Translations under genes and position numbers: made by a program
Shown: piece by piece, positions 9,194 through 19,323 of the stretch
Numbering within the stretch: position 1 is the first letter of the stretch
How the letters are laid out: the number at the start of each line of letters is the position of its first letter
From: Patescibacteria group bacterium
Lineage (GTDB): Bacteria; Patescibacteriota; Minisyncoccia; Phycocordibacterales; UBA9973
Reading direction: 5' to 3'
NCBI GenBank assembly: GCA_040388095.1
Contig: JAZKCM010000002.1
Coordinates: 7,264 to 71,263, forward strand
Length of the DNA stretch: 64,000 nt
Notes under the pieces: generated by a model
What the model saw: the letters and a program-made list of their open reading frames with translations, nothing else
Told to the model about the DNA's origin: nothing
The model's database searches: none

Positions 9194-9941
9194 AATAAGT
9201 AATGATTTTAAATTTCTTCGGGTCAAGGCTCGCTTTGCCGACGAGGACGCCATCGACGCCACCATGAACAACAAAGTCGTCGACATTTTTTTCATTTACC
9301 GAACCACCATAGAGTATTTTCATACTCTGCACAGCTTGCTGAGAAAAAATATCTGACAATATCTTCTTTATGAAAAGTGCCATTTCCTGACAGTCTGCAG
9401 TTGTCGTATCGTGCCGACCTGGTGTAGTCGATAATGCCCAGACTGGTTCATATGCGATGATTATTTTTCCAGCAGAATTTTTTGAAATACCAGAGAGTGC
9501 TTCTTCAAGCTCTGTTTTCACAACAGCAAAATATTCATGATTCATATCATGTACATCTCTTTCTTTTTCTCCAACACAGAGTATTGGAGAAAGCCCAGCT
9601 GACAATGCCATCTTTATTTTTTTATTTATTTGAATGTTAGTCTCTCCTAATGCTCGTCTTTCTGAATGTCCAATGATGACATATCTCACACCTGCGCCAT
9701 ATAACATATCAGCAGAGACTTCACCGGTAAATGCGCCACTTTCTTCAGAAGAGATATTCTGTGCGCCGAGTTTAGCTTTCTTAATAACTTTTTTTACTGC
9801 GTTTAAATATACAAATGGGACACAGAGTACGACACCGCTGACATCAGACGCTTTTGCAATCTTCACTGCTTCTTTTAGAGAGGAAGGGTTCATTTTCCAA
9901 TTAGCAATGACGAGCTTCTTTCCGATCTTTTTATTTTGCAT
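9186..9941 (-). CDS. tpiA: Triosephosphate isomerase
   Basis: ANWKMN, GHSERR, AYEPVWA, YGGSV, LVGKASL. Confidence 0.97.
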   Translation of the reverse strand: MQNKKIGKKLVIANWKMNPSSLKEAVKIAKASDVSGVVLCVPFVYLNAVKKVIKKAKLGAQNISSEESGAFTGEVSADMLYGAGVRYVIIGHSERRALGETNIQINKKIKMALSAGLSPILCVGEKERDVHDMNHEYFAVVKTELEEALSGISKNSAGKIIIAYEPVWALSTTPGRHDTTTADCQEMALFIKKILSDIFSQQAVQSMKILYGGSVNEKNVDDFVVHGGVDGVLVGKASLDPKKFKIITYYA

Positions 9942-9952
9942 CTCTCTAGTAT

Positions 9953-9990
9953 AACAAAAAACACTCTAGGTGAGTAGAGTGTTTTTTGTT
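9953..9990 (-). terminator. Terminator of the surface-protein operon
   Basis: aacaaaaaacactcta-ggtgag-tagagtgttttttgtt. Confidence 0.75.
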
Positions 9991-9992
9991 TG

Positions 9993-12188
9993 TTACCAAG
10001 TAATTTTTATGTCTCCTGGTCCGCCATCATTTACACCTCCATAAACACTAGTACCCGCAGCACCAATAATATAATTAATAACAGTACCTGGATTAGGAAG
10101 AACACCATTAACATACTTAGCACCTGCACCTCCTCCTCCAGAATTATTTACCCAACCATTACCTCCATAACCTGGATTCTTTGTGCCCGAAGCGTTCAAT
10201 GAAACTCCTGCACAGAAATTTGCTCCTCCGCCAGGTGTTCCTCCACAACCTTTAGTAGAAGGAGTACCGAAGCTTCCATCACTAGAACCAGAAGGAGCAT
10301 CACCTCCACAAGGAGCAGAAGGATTCAATCCACAAGATGGACTACTTCCTCCGCCAAGTCCGCCAGCAGCATTTACAAGTACTGTAGATCCACTTTTAAG
10401 AATAGTGTTTGTTCCATTGTTACCATTATTAGGATATACAGCACCAGCTCCTCCAGGGCCTATTAAAGTAACATTGAAAGTCGGAACATTTAAGATAGGT
10501 CCGAATGAACCAGTAACATCAGAACCTGGATTACCTGTATTGTTTACAAAGAAACTACCTTTTATTTGAACAGTAACAGAATCAGAACTAATATCACCTG
10601 TAGTTGCTGGATTTCCATCTGAATCACAAGAAAGTGTAAATTGAGTAGTTCCAAAATTCTTTACACGTGGATGAGGAGATGATGAAAAACCAGAAAACCA
10701 AAAAGTAGAAGTATTACCTGCATTATTTTTAACACCAGTCCAATTTGAACTTACACTTACATCAACGTTGTTTCCTAATTCTTTTGCAGAAGCCGTACAT
10801 ATAGTAACTGGGGTCATTGGGTTTGCACTAAACGATAATGGAATTGGATATCCAGGTATACCACTAGATGTAAAATTAATAACATTAGGTGGTACTGTAA
10901 TAATACCTGCATTAGGTGCGAATGTAGAGTACGCTGGTGCTAAAGGATCAGAACCATTAAGATACAAATGCACAACTGGTGCGTGAATTTCGTCATTATC
11001 TTGTGCATTTACACAACCAGGGTCTGCGGGATAGTCGATAAAAGTATCATTATCATTATCTATACCATCAGAACATTGATATAGAGGTGCAGTGTATTCA
11101 GTATTATCAAATCTTGAAGTACAGCCAGAGTCAGCCGGAAAATCTATCTGACCATCAGCATCATTGTCTACGTGATCATAACACTGTGTTGGGCAAAGAT
11201 TTAATTTTCCATTTATATTTCCACAAACAAGTGCTGGGTACAAAACACCTGGGTTACTAGCACTAGATAACCCCGTAAAAATCCCATTCATTCCAAGCAC
11301 ATTACCAGAACTTGCATCAATATTAGCTCCTGTAGAGATAGTACTTCCAGCACTGATGCCATTTGCTACATCTAAATCTTCATCAAGTGAAACATAACCA
11401 GCAAAAATATTTGCTCTTTTTTGTGGTGATCCAGCAGTACTCCAGAAATTAATATATTCTCCATTTGTAACGATAGATACATATTTGTCAGAACTACCAG
11501 CGAATTTACCATTTAAGATGAGTGTGTCTTTTGATGTTGAATTAGATGTACTTCCGTTTTTCAAATCAACGAGTATTGGACCAGCGACATTGAGTGTGCC
11601 TGTTGTTGCAGGTGCTAATTGACCATTTTGTGATATTGAAACTTTACCAGTTGTGTAATCATTTAAAAGATTTGAAGTTGGAATCCAAGATGAACCATTA
11701 CTTCTCAATGTTTGACTGATTGTACCTGTTGGAAGACCTATGCCATGACTTAAAACATCAGCCCATGTGGTAACACAATCTCCTGTCGGAGGGACGACAG
11801 CTGGGGCAGCTTCGGCTATGTTTCCAAATATTGAATTTTTTGTATTGAAAGATACTGGGCCTGTTCCACTAGAACCACCTGTACCTGCTGGAGCAGGAGG
11901 AAGACAGAACCATGTAGCAGAGACTGCACCACCAGAGAGACTACCAGGATAGTTATCAGAAAAAGGAACTGCACCAGCAAAAATGTTGTTGTTTGAATAT
12001 ACATTACCTGCACCAAAGAGACCTGACTTGGTTTGAGAGTTTGGGCCGACGTTGATGGGGCCAAGAGCATTTGGAGTTGTAGGAGTACCAGATGGAATAG
12101 TCCACGCCGCAGATACAAAAGAAACAGCGACAGCAAAAAACAGACCGAGTATAAGACCTTTTATTATTTTAAGAAATTGTTTTTGCAT
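9993..12188 (-). CDS. Secreted fibre/adhesin-like protein with two Cys/Asp-rich repeats and a Gly-rich C-terminal domain
   Basis: Signal peptide; AWT.P...GPINVGPNSQTKSG motif; QCxDxxDNDxDxxID(F/Y)PADxGC x2; GGGGAGA...GDIKITW end. Confidence 0.7.
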   Translation of the reverse strand: MQKQFLKIIKGLILGLFFAVAVSFVSAAWTIPSGTPTTPNALGPINVGPNSQTKSGLFGAGNVYSNNNIFAGAVPFSDNYPGSLSGGAVSATWFCLPPAPAGTGGSSGTGPVSFNTKNSIFGNIAEAAPAVVPPTGDCVTTWADVLSHGIGLPTGTISQTLRSNGSSWIPTSNLLNDYTTGKVSISQNGQLAPATTGTLNVAGPILVDLKNGSTSNSTSKDTLILNGKFAGSSDKYVSIVTNGEYINFWSTAGSPQKRANIFAGYVSLDEDLDVANGISAGSTISTGANIDASSGNVLGMNGIFTGLSSASNPGVLYPALVCGNINGKLNLCPTQCYDHVDNDADGQIDFPADSGCTSRFDNTEYTAPLYQCSDGIDNDNDTFIDYPADPGCVNAQDNDEIHAPVVHLYLNGSDPLAPAYSTFAPNAGIITVPPNVINFTSSGIPGYPIPLSFSANPMTPVTICTASAKELGNNVDVSVSSNWTGVKNNAGNTSTFWFSGFSSSPHPRVKNFGTTQFTLSCDSDGNPATTGDISSDSVTVQIKGSFFVNNTGNPGSDVTGSFGPILNVPTFNVTLIGPGGAGAVYPNNGNNGTNTILKSGSTVLVNAAGGLGGGSSPSCGLNPSAPCGGDAPSGSSDGSFGTPSTKGCGGTPGGGANFCAGVSLNASGTKNPGYGGNGWVNNSGGGGAGAKYVNGVLPNPGTVINYIIGAAGTSVYGGVNDGGPGDIKITW
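11268..12062. repeat. 795-bp direct repeat, copy 1
   Basis: Matches 12270-13064 (offset 1002); no mismatch seen by eye. Confidence 0.95.
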
Positions 12189-12206
12189 TTTTATTAATTA
12201 AAAAAA

Positions 12207-13181
12207 TTATGGACAGATGATTAGCTTACCAGAAGAGTTTGCACAAATATTACTTGCAGCAGAACCTCCTAACCCCGTAAAAATCCCATTCATTCCAAGC
12301 ACATTACCAGAACTTGCATCAATATTAGCTCCTGTAGAGATAGTACTTCCAGCACTGATGCCATTTGCTACATCTAAATCTTCATCAAGTGAAACATAAC
12401 CAGCAAAAATATTTGCTCTTTTTTGTGGTGATCCAGCAGTACTCCAGAAATTAATATATTCTCCATTTGTAACGATAGATACATATTTGTCAGAACTACC
12501 AGCGAATTTACCATTTAAGATGAGTGTGTCTTTTGATGTTGAATTAGATGTACTTCCGTTTTTCAAATCAACGAGTATTGGACCAGCGACATTGAGTGTG
12601 CCTGTTGTTGCAGGTGCTAATTGACCATTTTGTGATATTGAAACTTTACCAGTTGTGTAATCATTTAAAAGATTTGAAGTTGGAATCCAAGATGAACCAT
12701 TACTTCTCAATGTTTGACTGATTGTACCTGTTGGAAGACCTATGCCATGACTTAAAACATCAGCCCATGTGGTAACACAATCTCCTGTCGGAGGGACGAC
12801 AGCTGGGGCAGCTTCGGCTATGTTTCCAAATATTGAATTTTTTGTATTGAAAGATACTGGGCCTGTTCCACTAGAACCACCTGTACCTGCTGGAGCAGGA
12901 GGAAGACAGAACCATGTAGCAGAGACTGCACCACCAGAGAGACTACCAGGATAGTTATCAGAAAAAGGAACTGCACCAGCAAAAATGTTGTTGTTTGAAT
13001 ATACATTACCTGCACCAAAGAGACCTGACTTGGTTTGAGAGTTTGGGCCGACGTTGATGGGGCCGTAGACATTTCCACTTGGTGGATTAGCTGGCGGAGG
13101 AAAAGCTAAAGCTGAAAGTGTACTCAATCCGAATACGAGACCGATAACGAAAATTTTTGCTAGTTGTAAATCTTTTTTCAT
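12207..13181 (-). CDS. Secreted fibre-like protein, short paralogue of 9993-12188
   Basis: Signal peptide; PPSGNVYGPINVG; about 265 aa identical to the neighbour; ends ICANSSGKLIICP. Confidence 0.7.
   Translation of the reverse strand: MKKDLQLAKIFVIGLVFGLSTLSALAFPPPANPPSGNVYGPINVGPNSQTKSGLFGAGNVYSNNNIFAGAVPFSDNYPGSLSGGAVSATWFCLPPAPAGTGGSSGTGPVSFNTKNSIFGNIAEAAPAVVPPTGDCVTTWADVLSHGIGLPTGTISQTLRSNGSSWIPTSNLLNDYTTGKVSISQNGQLAPATTGTLNVAGPILVDLKNGSTSNSTSKDTLILNGKFAGSSDKYVSIVTNGEYINFWSTAGSPQKRANIFAGYVSLDEDLDVANGISAGSTISTGANIDASSGNVLGMNGIFTGLGGSAASNICANSSGKLIICP
12270..13064. repeat. 795-bp direct repeat, copy 2
   Basis: Matches 11268-12062. Confidence 0.95.
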
Positions 13182-13239
13182 AATATTTTAATAATCCTAA
13201 TAATTTACTAATAATTGTATTGTCATAATTATAACACTT

Positions 13240-15912
13240 CTAAATTTCTTTGTATGCTGGAATTTTTATCTGCTTACAGTCTAGACCTATTGGAATTCGA
13301 ACAACAGCAGAATATGGTCCATCAGTACCCTTACAAGACAAAGTGTATGTTGAAGTTTCAGAATAAGGAAGTACTAATGTTTGTGCTAAAGGAAGAGGAT
13401 TATCTAAAGGGTAGTCTTCATTGATACCAAGCGTCGTATCTTCTCTATTAATAAAACAAGACGTCATATCCTGTAGACCTGTAGCCCGGAGACTTACAGT
13501 CGTTGCAGTTGGTACGACACAGCTCGGTGCAGAGAGTGCTGGGAAAACCTTACAACTATTTTGAGAAGTAACATTTATCTGATTAGTCATTTCGATAGGA
13601 TCGCTACTTGCTGTCGGGCAACTCATATGCACTGTATAACCCATATCTTGTGTTAAATTATTTATGAAAGGAAGTTGATATTGAGCAGATGAAGATGTTG
13701 GAATTGCTACATCATTTGTCTGAACAACCTTACCTGAAGCATTAATAAATTCTACAGTACATTTATATTTTCCAGGATCTGCAAGAAGCTGGTAATCACT
13801 CATATTTACATTTACATATGCAGTTTGAGTCTTACAATCATAACCAGTACTACTGATGTAATTATTTCCTTGTGCTGGATTACACGTTGGATCAGATGGA
13901 TCACACGTCTTGGTTTTCATCTGAACATCAATCTTTGCTTTTAATACTGAACCATTAGTAAGATTACAAGCTAATGTATAAAAAATTTCTGTTGTAGGAC
14001 TGTCCGCAGTACTTAAATCTCCTCCCCATTGTGGTATGGTTGCATTAAACGTAGAATTACCAAATCCCCAAGCAGGGTTATTGTCATTATGCAAAGAACA
14101 ATCATAAAAAGTTATTCCTTGCGCAGTAGAAGTTCTTATATTTTTCATTGACCATTCAAATTGGATCGGATTGTCAGTCGTCGGATCGATTTGAATAATC
14201 TTTGTTTCTGAAAGTGATCCGGCTGGATCATTTGTTCCAGTTGCCTCAACTCCATTTACTCTTAATTTTGCAATACTGTATTGAGTTGTTTTCTTTTGTA
14301 CGATAACTGTAACAGTACCACTAATACGAGCACCACTTTTTAGAGAAGAATCACAATTTAATGTATAAATGTATGTTCCAGGAGCATCGATTGAAAAATC
14401 TGGTTTATAAAGTAATGGATTTGTAGTAACCGAAGGACAATCTTTTTTAGAATTCCAATTTGTAATATCATTACCAGTAGCTGTACCATCTTTGTTCAAG
14501 TTATAACCAATAGAAGATAAACTTATCGGATCACTCTGCCCTACGGTCACTGTCCCTGAAACTCCATTTGCATACATCATAAGAGAAGAAACTTTTTTAT
14601 TTATAGTGACCATAACATTTGCGACGAAAACCTGTTCTTGTTTTGAAGATTTACCAGAACCGATACAAGTCACAGTATAAATCGCATCATCAGTAGGAAC
14701 AAATGAACTTACTCCAAGATTATTTGGTGTAATAGTTTTCTTAATCCCAAGTGGTGAAAAATTCCAATGCGAATCTCTTAGACTATTTGTTGCAACACAA
14801 CTTTCAGGCAAAAAATATTCTACATTATCAGCTCCCCATTCGATGTTGATTGTATGACCAGGAAGAACAGTCATTTTTGGTATTGGACTATTTTGAGTCA
14901 CACTTGTTGATATATCTTGAACTGTATTTGAAGGATCTAAAACTTCAGTTGCTCTTATTAAAACTTTTGGATCTAAACCTGGATTTATTTTTACTTTAAC
15001 TGTGCTTGATATTGTACCGCCAGTTGATTTTGTACAAGTTATCGTATATGTATATGTTTCTGCAACAGAACCAGGAATAATAAAAGCGATATGTGGTGCA
15101 TATGCGATAGGAACTGTCGTAGGGCATGTTACTGTTGTACGATTTGTCCAATTTATAGTATCGTCTCCGCCGACAGTTGCAGATCCACCATTTAATCCAG
15201 TTCCTGAAGCGGACAATGTAAAATAATCATCTGAATTTACAGTAAGCAATCCACCCGAACTCACTGTTCCAGTAGATTCGTCTGTCGCAATCAAGTTAAG
15301 CGTCGGTGTAGTGATGCTATGTGGTAATATTTTTGCCTGAGTAAAACTGATCCAGCCATTTACATTTGAACCCCACGCATAAGAATTGGCAACAGGAAGA
15401 CCAGAAGTTAGATTGAAACTAACGCCATATAAAGGTGAACTAACAGAATTCGTAGAAGAAAGACTAATCCAGCCGTCAGCCCAATCTGAAGCGATACCCC
15501 CAGAAGTCTCATTATCATTTGGAAATGGAGAGGAGCTTGAAATATTTGCAAGTGACCAAGCTCTCGCCCATCCAGAGAGTTTACCTGTTGCAAAATCAAT
15601 TTTTGCTTGAGTTCCAGCTGACGGCATACCTATCAAATCACCAAATTGTATCCAGCCGATATTGTCTGACCAAGCATATCCAGTAATATTGCCCTTAGTA
15701 GCGTCATAATTAAGGCCATAATCAGGACCAGTACAGGTGGACGAATCAGCAGGATTTGTACAACTATTCAGACTAATCCAGCCAGTACCATCTGACCAAC
15801 CCCAACCATATATATTGTCACCCTTAGATGCCTGAATTGTATTAAAAGAAACAAAAAAACTAGTAATAACGATGAATGTGGCTAAAAGATAGGTTGAAAG
15901 GTTTTTTTTCAT
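13240..15912 (-). CDS. Large secreted surface protein (G(W/Y)AWS..GWI repeats followed by Ig-like modules)
   Basis: Signal peptide; GWGWSDGTGWIS, GYAWSDNIGWIQF, YAWGSNVNGWISF; repeated YTLxC modules; ends YKEI. Confidence 0.7.
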   Translation of the reverse strand: MKKNLSTYLLATFIVITSFFVSFNTIQASKGDNIYGWGWSDGTGWISLNSCTNPADSSTCTGPDYGLNYDATKGNITGYAWSDNIGWIQFGDLIGMPSAGTQAKIDFATGKLSGWARAWSLANISSSSPFPNDNETSGGIASDWADGWISLSSTNSVSSPLYGVSFNLTSGLPVANSYAWGSNVNGWISFTQAKILPHSITTPTLNLIATDESTGTVSSGGLLTVNSDDYFTLSASGTGLNGGSATVGGDDTINWTNRTTVTCPTTVPIAYAPHIAFIIPGSVAETYTYTITCTKSTGGTISSTVKVKINPGLDPKVLIRATEVLDPSNTVQDISTSVTQNSPIPKMTVLPGHTINIEWGADNVEYFLPESCVATNSLRDSHWNFSPLGIKKTITPNNLGVSSFVPTDDAIYTVTCIGSGKSSKQEQVFVANVMVTINKKVSSLMMYANGVSGTVTVGQSDPISLSSIGYNLNKDGTATGNDITNWNSKKDCPSVTTNPLLYKPDFSIDAPGTYIYTLNCDSSLKSGARISGTVTVIVQKKTTQYSIAKLRVNGVEATGTNDPAGSLSETKIIQIDPTTDNPIQFEWSMKNIRTSTAQGITFYDCSLHNDNNPAWGFGNSTFNATIPQWGGDLSTADSPTTEIFYTLACNLTNGSVLKAKIDVQMKTKTCDPSDPTCNPAQGNNYISSTGYDCKTQTAYVNVNMSDYQLLADPGKYKCTVEFINASGKVVQTNDVAIPTSSSAQYQLPFINNLTQDMGYTVHMSCPTASSDPIEMTNQINVTSQNSCKVFPALSAPSCVVPTATTVSLRATGLQDMTSCFINREDTTLGINEDYPLDNPLPLAQTLVLPYSETSTYTLSCKGTDGPYSAVVRIPIGLDCKQIKIPAYKEI

Positions 15913-15919
15913 TTTTATT

Positions 15920-16222
15920 TTAATTAAAACTACTTAAAATTGCTTTTTTCTCTTCTGCTGTTAGATTTTTGGGTTGATTTTCCTGATCATTCAATTCTTT
16001 AATAATCTGCTTTCTTTCATCATCAGAAACAGCGATTGAGCTGGAATTCGAGCTGAGCTCGTTGATGATTGCACTACGCTCTTGTTGTGAAAGATTAGGG
16101 AGGACAGCAGGTTCTGTATTTTTATTTACAACAGTAATGTAATAGTAGTATGAGAGACCACCTAAAATAATTATGACGAGAATAAATAAAAAGACACCCA
16201 TTTTCTTGTTATCTTGAAACAT
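15920..16222 (-). CDS. Small membrane-anchored hypothetical protein
   Basis: N-terminal TM helix; three (L/V)(S/T)xxE(R/K)xxII repeats. Confidence 0.65.
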   Translation of the reverse strand: MFQDNKKMGVFLFILVIIILGGLSYYYYITVVNKNTEPAVLPNLSQQERSAIINELSSNSSSIAVSDDERKQIIKELNDQENQPKNLTAEEKKAILSSFN

Positions 16223-16295
16223 ATACTATATATTATACACCGAATAAAATTAAAATGTAGAATTTTGTGGAAAACTTTTTACATTTTTTCTCAAA

Positions 16296-16359
16296 TTGAC
16301 TTATTTGCCATTTTGCGATAATATAAAAAGTATTAGTCCGTCATAAAACGGGCTTTTTT
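16296..16359 (+). promoter_or_regulatory. nusA promoter and leader hairpin with U-tract (possible attenuator)
   Basis: TTGACT-17-TAATAT, then agtccgt-cataaa-acgggct-ttttt. Confidence 0.55.
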
Positions 16360-16399
16360 AGTAAAAATTTAATAGCGATAATAATAAAAGAATTACATT

Positions 16400-17602
16400 A
16401 TGTTAGATCTCAAAACAATGAAGTCAGCGCTCGAACAACTCGAAGAAGAGCGAAAAATACCAAAAGAAAAAATAATCGAAGCCATAGAGCAAGCGATGGC
16501 CGCTGCGTATAAAAAAGATTACGGCAAAAAAGGACAAATCATCCGTGCGAAATTCGATATGGAGACAGGTCAGACTGATTTTTATCAAGTCAAGATCGTC
16601 GTCGATGAAACAATCGTAAAAATGCCAAAAGATGGCGAAGAAGAAAATGAAGAAGAGTACGATGTTCAAGAAGACGGTGATGAACGACCACGATTCAATG
16701 CTGAGCATCACATCCTAGTTGAAGATGCGAAAAAAATGAAAAAAGATGTCGAGCTCAATGATGAGATGATCTTTATGCTTGAACAGAAAGATGATTACGG
16801 CCGTATCGCAGCACAAACAGCAAAACAAGTTATCATACAACGTATTCGTGAAGCAGAACGCACATCTATTATGGATGAATACGGTACAAAAGAAGGAGAA
16901 ATCATTTCTGGTGTTGTACAAAAGATCGAAAGAGGCAATCTCTATATCGATTTCAACCGTGCGACAGGCGTGCTTCCAACTGAAGAACAAATCCCTGGAG
17001 AATTTTTCCGACAAGGACAAAGAATCCGTGCATATTTGTATTCTGTCGAAGAATCTCCTCGTGGTATCAACCTCCGCCTTTCACGTACACATCCGAAATT
17101 CTTGGAAAAACTTTTTGCTCTTGAAGCACCAGAAGTTACAAATGGTGTCGTTGAAATAAAGAGTATTGCTCGTGAAGCAGGAAGTCGTTCGAAGATCGCT
17201 GTGTTCTCAAATGATGAACACATCGACCCAGTCGGCTCTTGTGTCGGACAAAAAGGAACTCGCGTAAATACTATTACTAATGAACTCTCAAATGAAAAGA
17301 TCGATATCATTCCTTGGTCTACTGATCCAAAAGAATATGTTTCAAATGCTATCTCTCCTGCGAAAGTTCTCACTATCGAAGTCGATGAGAAAGAACATAA
17401 AGCAGTCATCGAAGTCGCTGAAGATCAGCTTTCACTCGCTATCGGTAAAGGAGGACAAAATGTTCGCCTCGCTGCGAAACTCACTGGTTGGAGAATCGAC
17501 ATCAAAGGAAAAGGTGGTGAAGTCGCTTCAACTGATGGAGAAAAAGTAGAAGTCACTCCAGAAGCAGAAGAAGTTATTGAAAAGACAGAAGACGCAGAAT
17601 AA
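16400..17602 (+). CDS. nusA: Transcription factor NusA
   Basis: GRIAAQTAKQVIIQ, S1 domain, AREAGSRSKIAV, SLAIGKGGQNVRLAAKLTGWRIDI. Confidence 0.98.
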   Translation: MLDLKTMKSALEQLEEERKIPKEKIIEAIEQAMAAAYKKDYGKKGQIIRAKFDMETGQTDFYQVKIVVDETIVKMPKDGEEENEEEYDVQEDGDERPRFNAEHHILVEDAKKMKKDVELNDEMIFMLEQKDDYGRIAAQTAKQVIIQRIREAERTSIMDEYGTKEGEIISGVVQKIERGNLYIDFNRATGVLPTEEQIPGEFFRQGQRIRAYLYSVEESPRGINLRLSRTHPKFLEKLFALEAPEVTNGVVEIKSIAREAGSRSKIAVFSNDEHIDPVGSCVGQKGTRVNTITNELSNEKIDIIPWSTDPKEYVSNAISPAKVLTIEVDEKEHKAVIEVAEDQLSLAIGKGGQNVRLAAKLTGWRIDIKGKGGEVASTDGEKVEVTPEAEEVIEKTEDAE

Positions 17603-17636
17603 AATTATATAATTAACAAAGTTAAAAAATAATTCT

Positions 17637-18221
17637 ATGGCAAATATAAATCAAAAACCTTCGAAGTATATGTACAACCTTTTGCACGTGCTCCCAGCAT
17701 TTGCGAAAGAAGAAGAAAAAGTTATCAATGCGATCATTGAAGTCTCAGCAGGAAGTATCAACAAATACGAAATGATAACTGAGAGCGGACAGCTCAAGCT
17801 CGACCGCGTCGGCTATTCTTCCCTTTCATATCCTTTCACTTACGGAGCAATTCCGATGACTTGGGATTATGATGGTGATCCACTCGATGTAGAAATCGTA
17901 AACATTACAGAGCCATTAGTCCCTGGTTCACTCGTCGAAGCTCGCGTTATCGGTGTTATGAAATTCATCGATGGCGGTGAAGTAGACGACAAAATCATCG
18001 CAGTCTTAAATGATGATAGACGCTCAGACCATATCAAGCATGTGGATGACCTCGGTGAATATTTCAAAACACAGACGAAATATTTCTGGGAAAATGTTAA
18101 ATATCTCAAGAAACCTGGAACTGGAGTTGTGGAAACATTCTATGGACCAGACGAAGCTGTAAAAGTCATCAATGAGTGTAAAGAAAAATACGAAAAAGAG
18201 TACGCTCCGAAATTAGATTAA
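17637..18221 (+). CDS. ppa: Inorganic pyrophosphatase (family I)
   Basis: NKYE, LDRV, YGAIPMT..DGDPLDV, DDKIIAV. Confidence 0.95.
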   Translation: MANINQKPSKYMYNLLHVLPAFAKEEEKVINAIIEVSAGSINKYEMITESGQLKLDRVGYSSLSYPFTYGAIPMTWDYDGDPLDVEIVNITEPLVPGSLVEARVIGVMKFIDGGEVDDKIIAVLNDDRRSDHIKHVDDLGEYFKTQTKYFWENVKYLKKPGTGVVETFYGPDEAVKVINECKEKYEKEYAPKLD

Positions 18222-18231
18222 AATCCTAAAA

Positions 18232-18262
18232 ATAAAAGCCCCCGCTTTGCGGGGGCTTTTAT
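18232..18262 (+). terminator. Terminator after nusA-ppa
   Basis: aaagccccgc-ttt-gcggggcttt type hairpin with T-rich tail. Confidence 0.8.
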
Positions 18263-18327
18263 TTTTTCAAAAGGTGTATAATAAAGGAGTGAGTCGTAAT
18301 TATAAGTTTTAAAGATTAAATAAAAAT

Positions 18328-18969
18328 ATGAATAAAAAATATGTAAGTTTAGCAGGTATTTTATTAATGGCATTTGCTTTGAATGTCGCTCCAGCAAAAG
18401 CTGAATATGGCTTCTCTGGAAACGTCGATGCAAGAGTCGGCGCTGACGGCGTAACGACAGTCAACGTAAACGGTCTCGCGAATCCAGCAACTGGAGGAGT
18501 TATGCCGATAAAAGGACAGTTCAAAGTAAATACAGAAGAAAATGCAAAACTCCGTGCAGAGATGAAGGATGACCGTGCGGAATACAAAGATGACAGAGAT
18601 GAAATGAAATTCAAAATCCGTGCAAACATAATGATGAATTTCATACAAAGAACAGAGAACCTTACAAATATCGCGACAAGAGTAAAGACTCGCATTGCGA
18701 AAATGAAAGCAAAAGGTATCGATATGACAGTTGCTACAAATTTTGAAGCAAAAGCTGAAGTAAGTATTGCTCAAGCAAAAGATCTCGCAATCAAAGCAAA
18801 AGCTTCAGTCGATGCGCATGCAAGCAAAGATGAAATCAAAGCAAATTTCAAAGCAGTAAAAGATGCTTTGAAACAAGCACATGAATATTTGTCACAAGCA
18901 GTTCAGGAAATCAAATCAAAGGTCGAAGTAAAAGCAAATACTTCTACGACAGTAAATACAAATCAGTAA
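18328..18969 (+). CDS. Secreted helical/coiled-coil hypothetical protein
   Basis: Signal peptide ending AKA; Ala/Lys-rich heptads. Confidence 0.7.
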   Translation: MNKKYVSLAGILLMAFALNVAPAKAEYGFSGNVDARVGADGVTTVNVNGLANPATGGVMPIKGQFKVNTEENAKLRAEMKDDRAEYKDDRDEMKFKIRANIMMNFIQRTENLTNIATRVKTRIAKMKAKGIDMTVATNFEAKAEVSIAQAKDLAIKAKASVDAHASKDEIKANFKAVKDALKQAHEYLSQAVQEIKSKVEVKANTSTTVNTNQ

Positions 18970-18995
18970 TATTATAAGCACTAATTTATATTCAC

Positions 18996-19235
18996 ATGGA
19001 CCAAACAAAAAAATCAAACGGTGCGCTCATAGGATCAATCATCATTATCATCATCCTTATCATCGGTGGTATATATGTTTTCAAAATGAACATACAAAAA
19101 AATAAAGATGCACAAGAAATGAATGCAGATATGCAACAAGCAAATAATCTTTCATCTTCTGATGAAGCGTCCGACCTAGAAATCGATCTGCAAAACAATT
19201 CAAACATTGATGCGATTGATAAGAACTATCAATAA
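18996..19235 (+). CDS. Small membrane protein
   Basis: GALIGSIIIIIILIIGGIY TM helix; SSSDE...IEIDL-like tail. Confidence 0.7.
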   Translation: MDQTKKSNGALIGSIIIIIILIIGGIYVFKMNIQKNKDAQEMNADMQQANNLSSSDEASDLEIDLQNNSNIDAIDKNYQ

Positions 19236-19249
19236 TAGTTACTGATATA

Positions 19250-19289
19250 AATTAAAAAGCCCCCGCCAACTGGCGGGGGCTTTTTAATT
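19250..19289 (+). terminator. Terminator
   Basis: aattaaaaagcccccgcca-ac-tggcgggggctttttaatt. Confidence 0.8.
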
Positions 19290-19323
19290 TGAAAATAATT
19301 CACTTTTAAGGTAATATAAAAAA

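Noticed and set aside
9194-9295. N-terminal extension of Pgk in the ORF track
   Set aside because: Overlaps tpiA; homology starts at MRSIKEL
11268-13064. Diversity-generating retroelement TR/VR pair
   Set aside because: Copies show no adenine-specific differences, are far longer than a TR, and no reverse transcriptase is present
16222-16400. Replication origin at the gene-orientation switch
   Set aside because: Only one imperfect DnaA box (TGTGGAAAA); explained by divergent promoters; skew not computed
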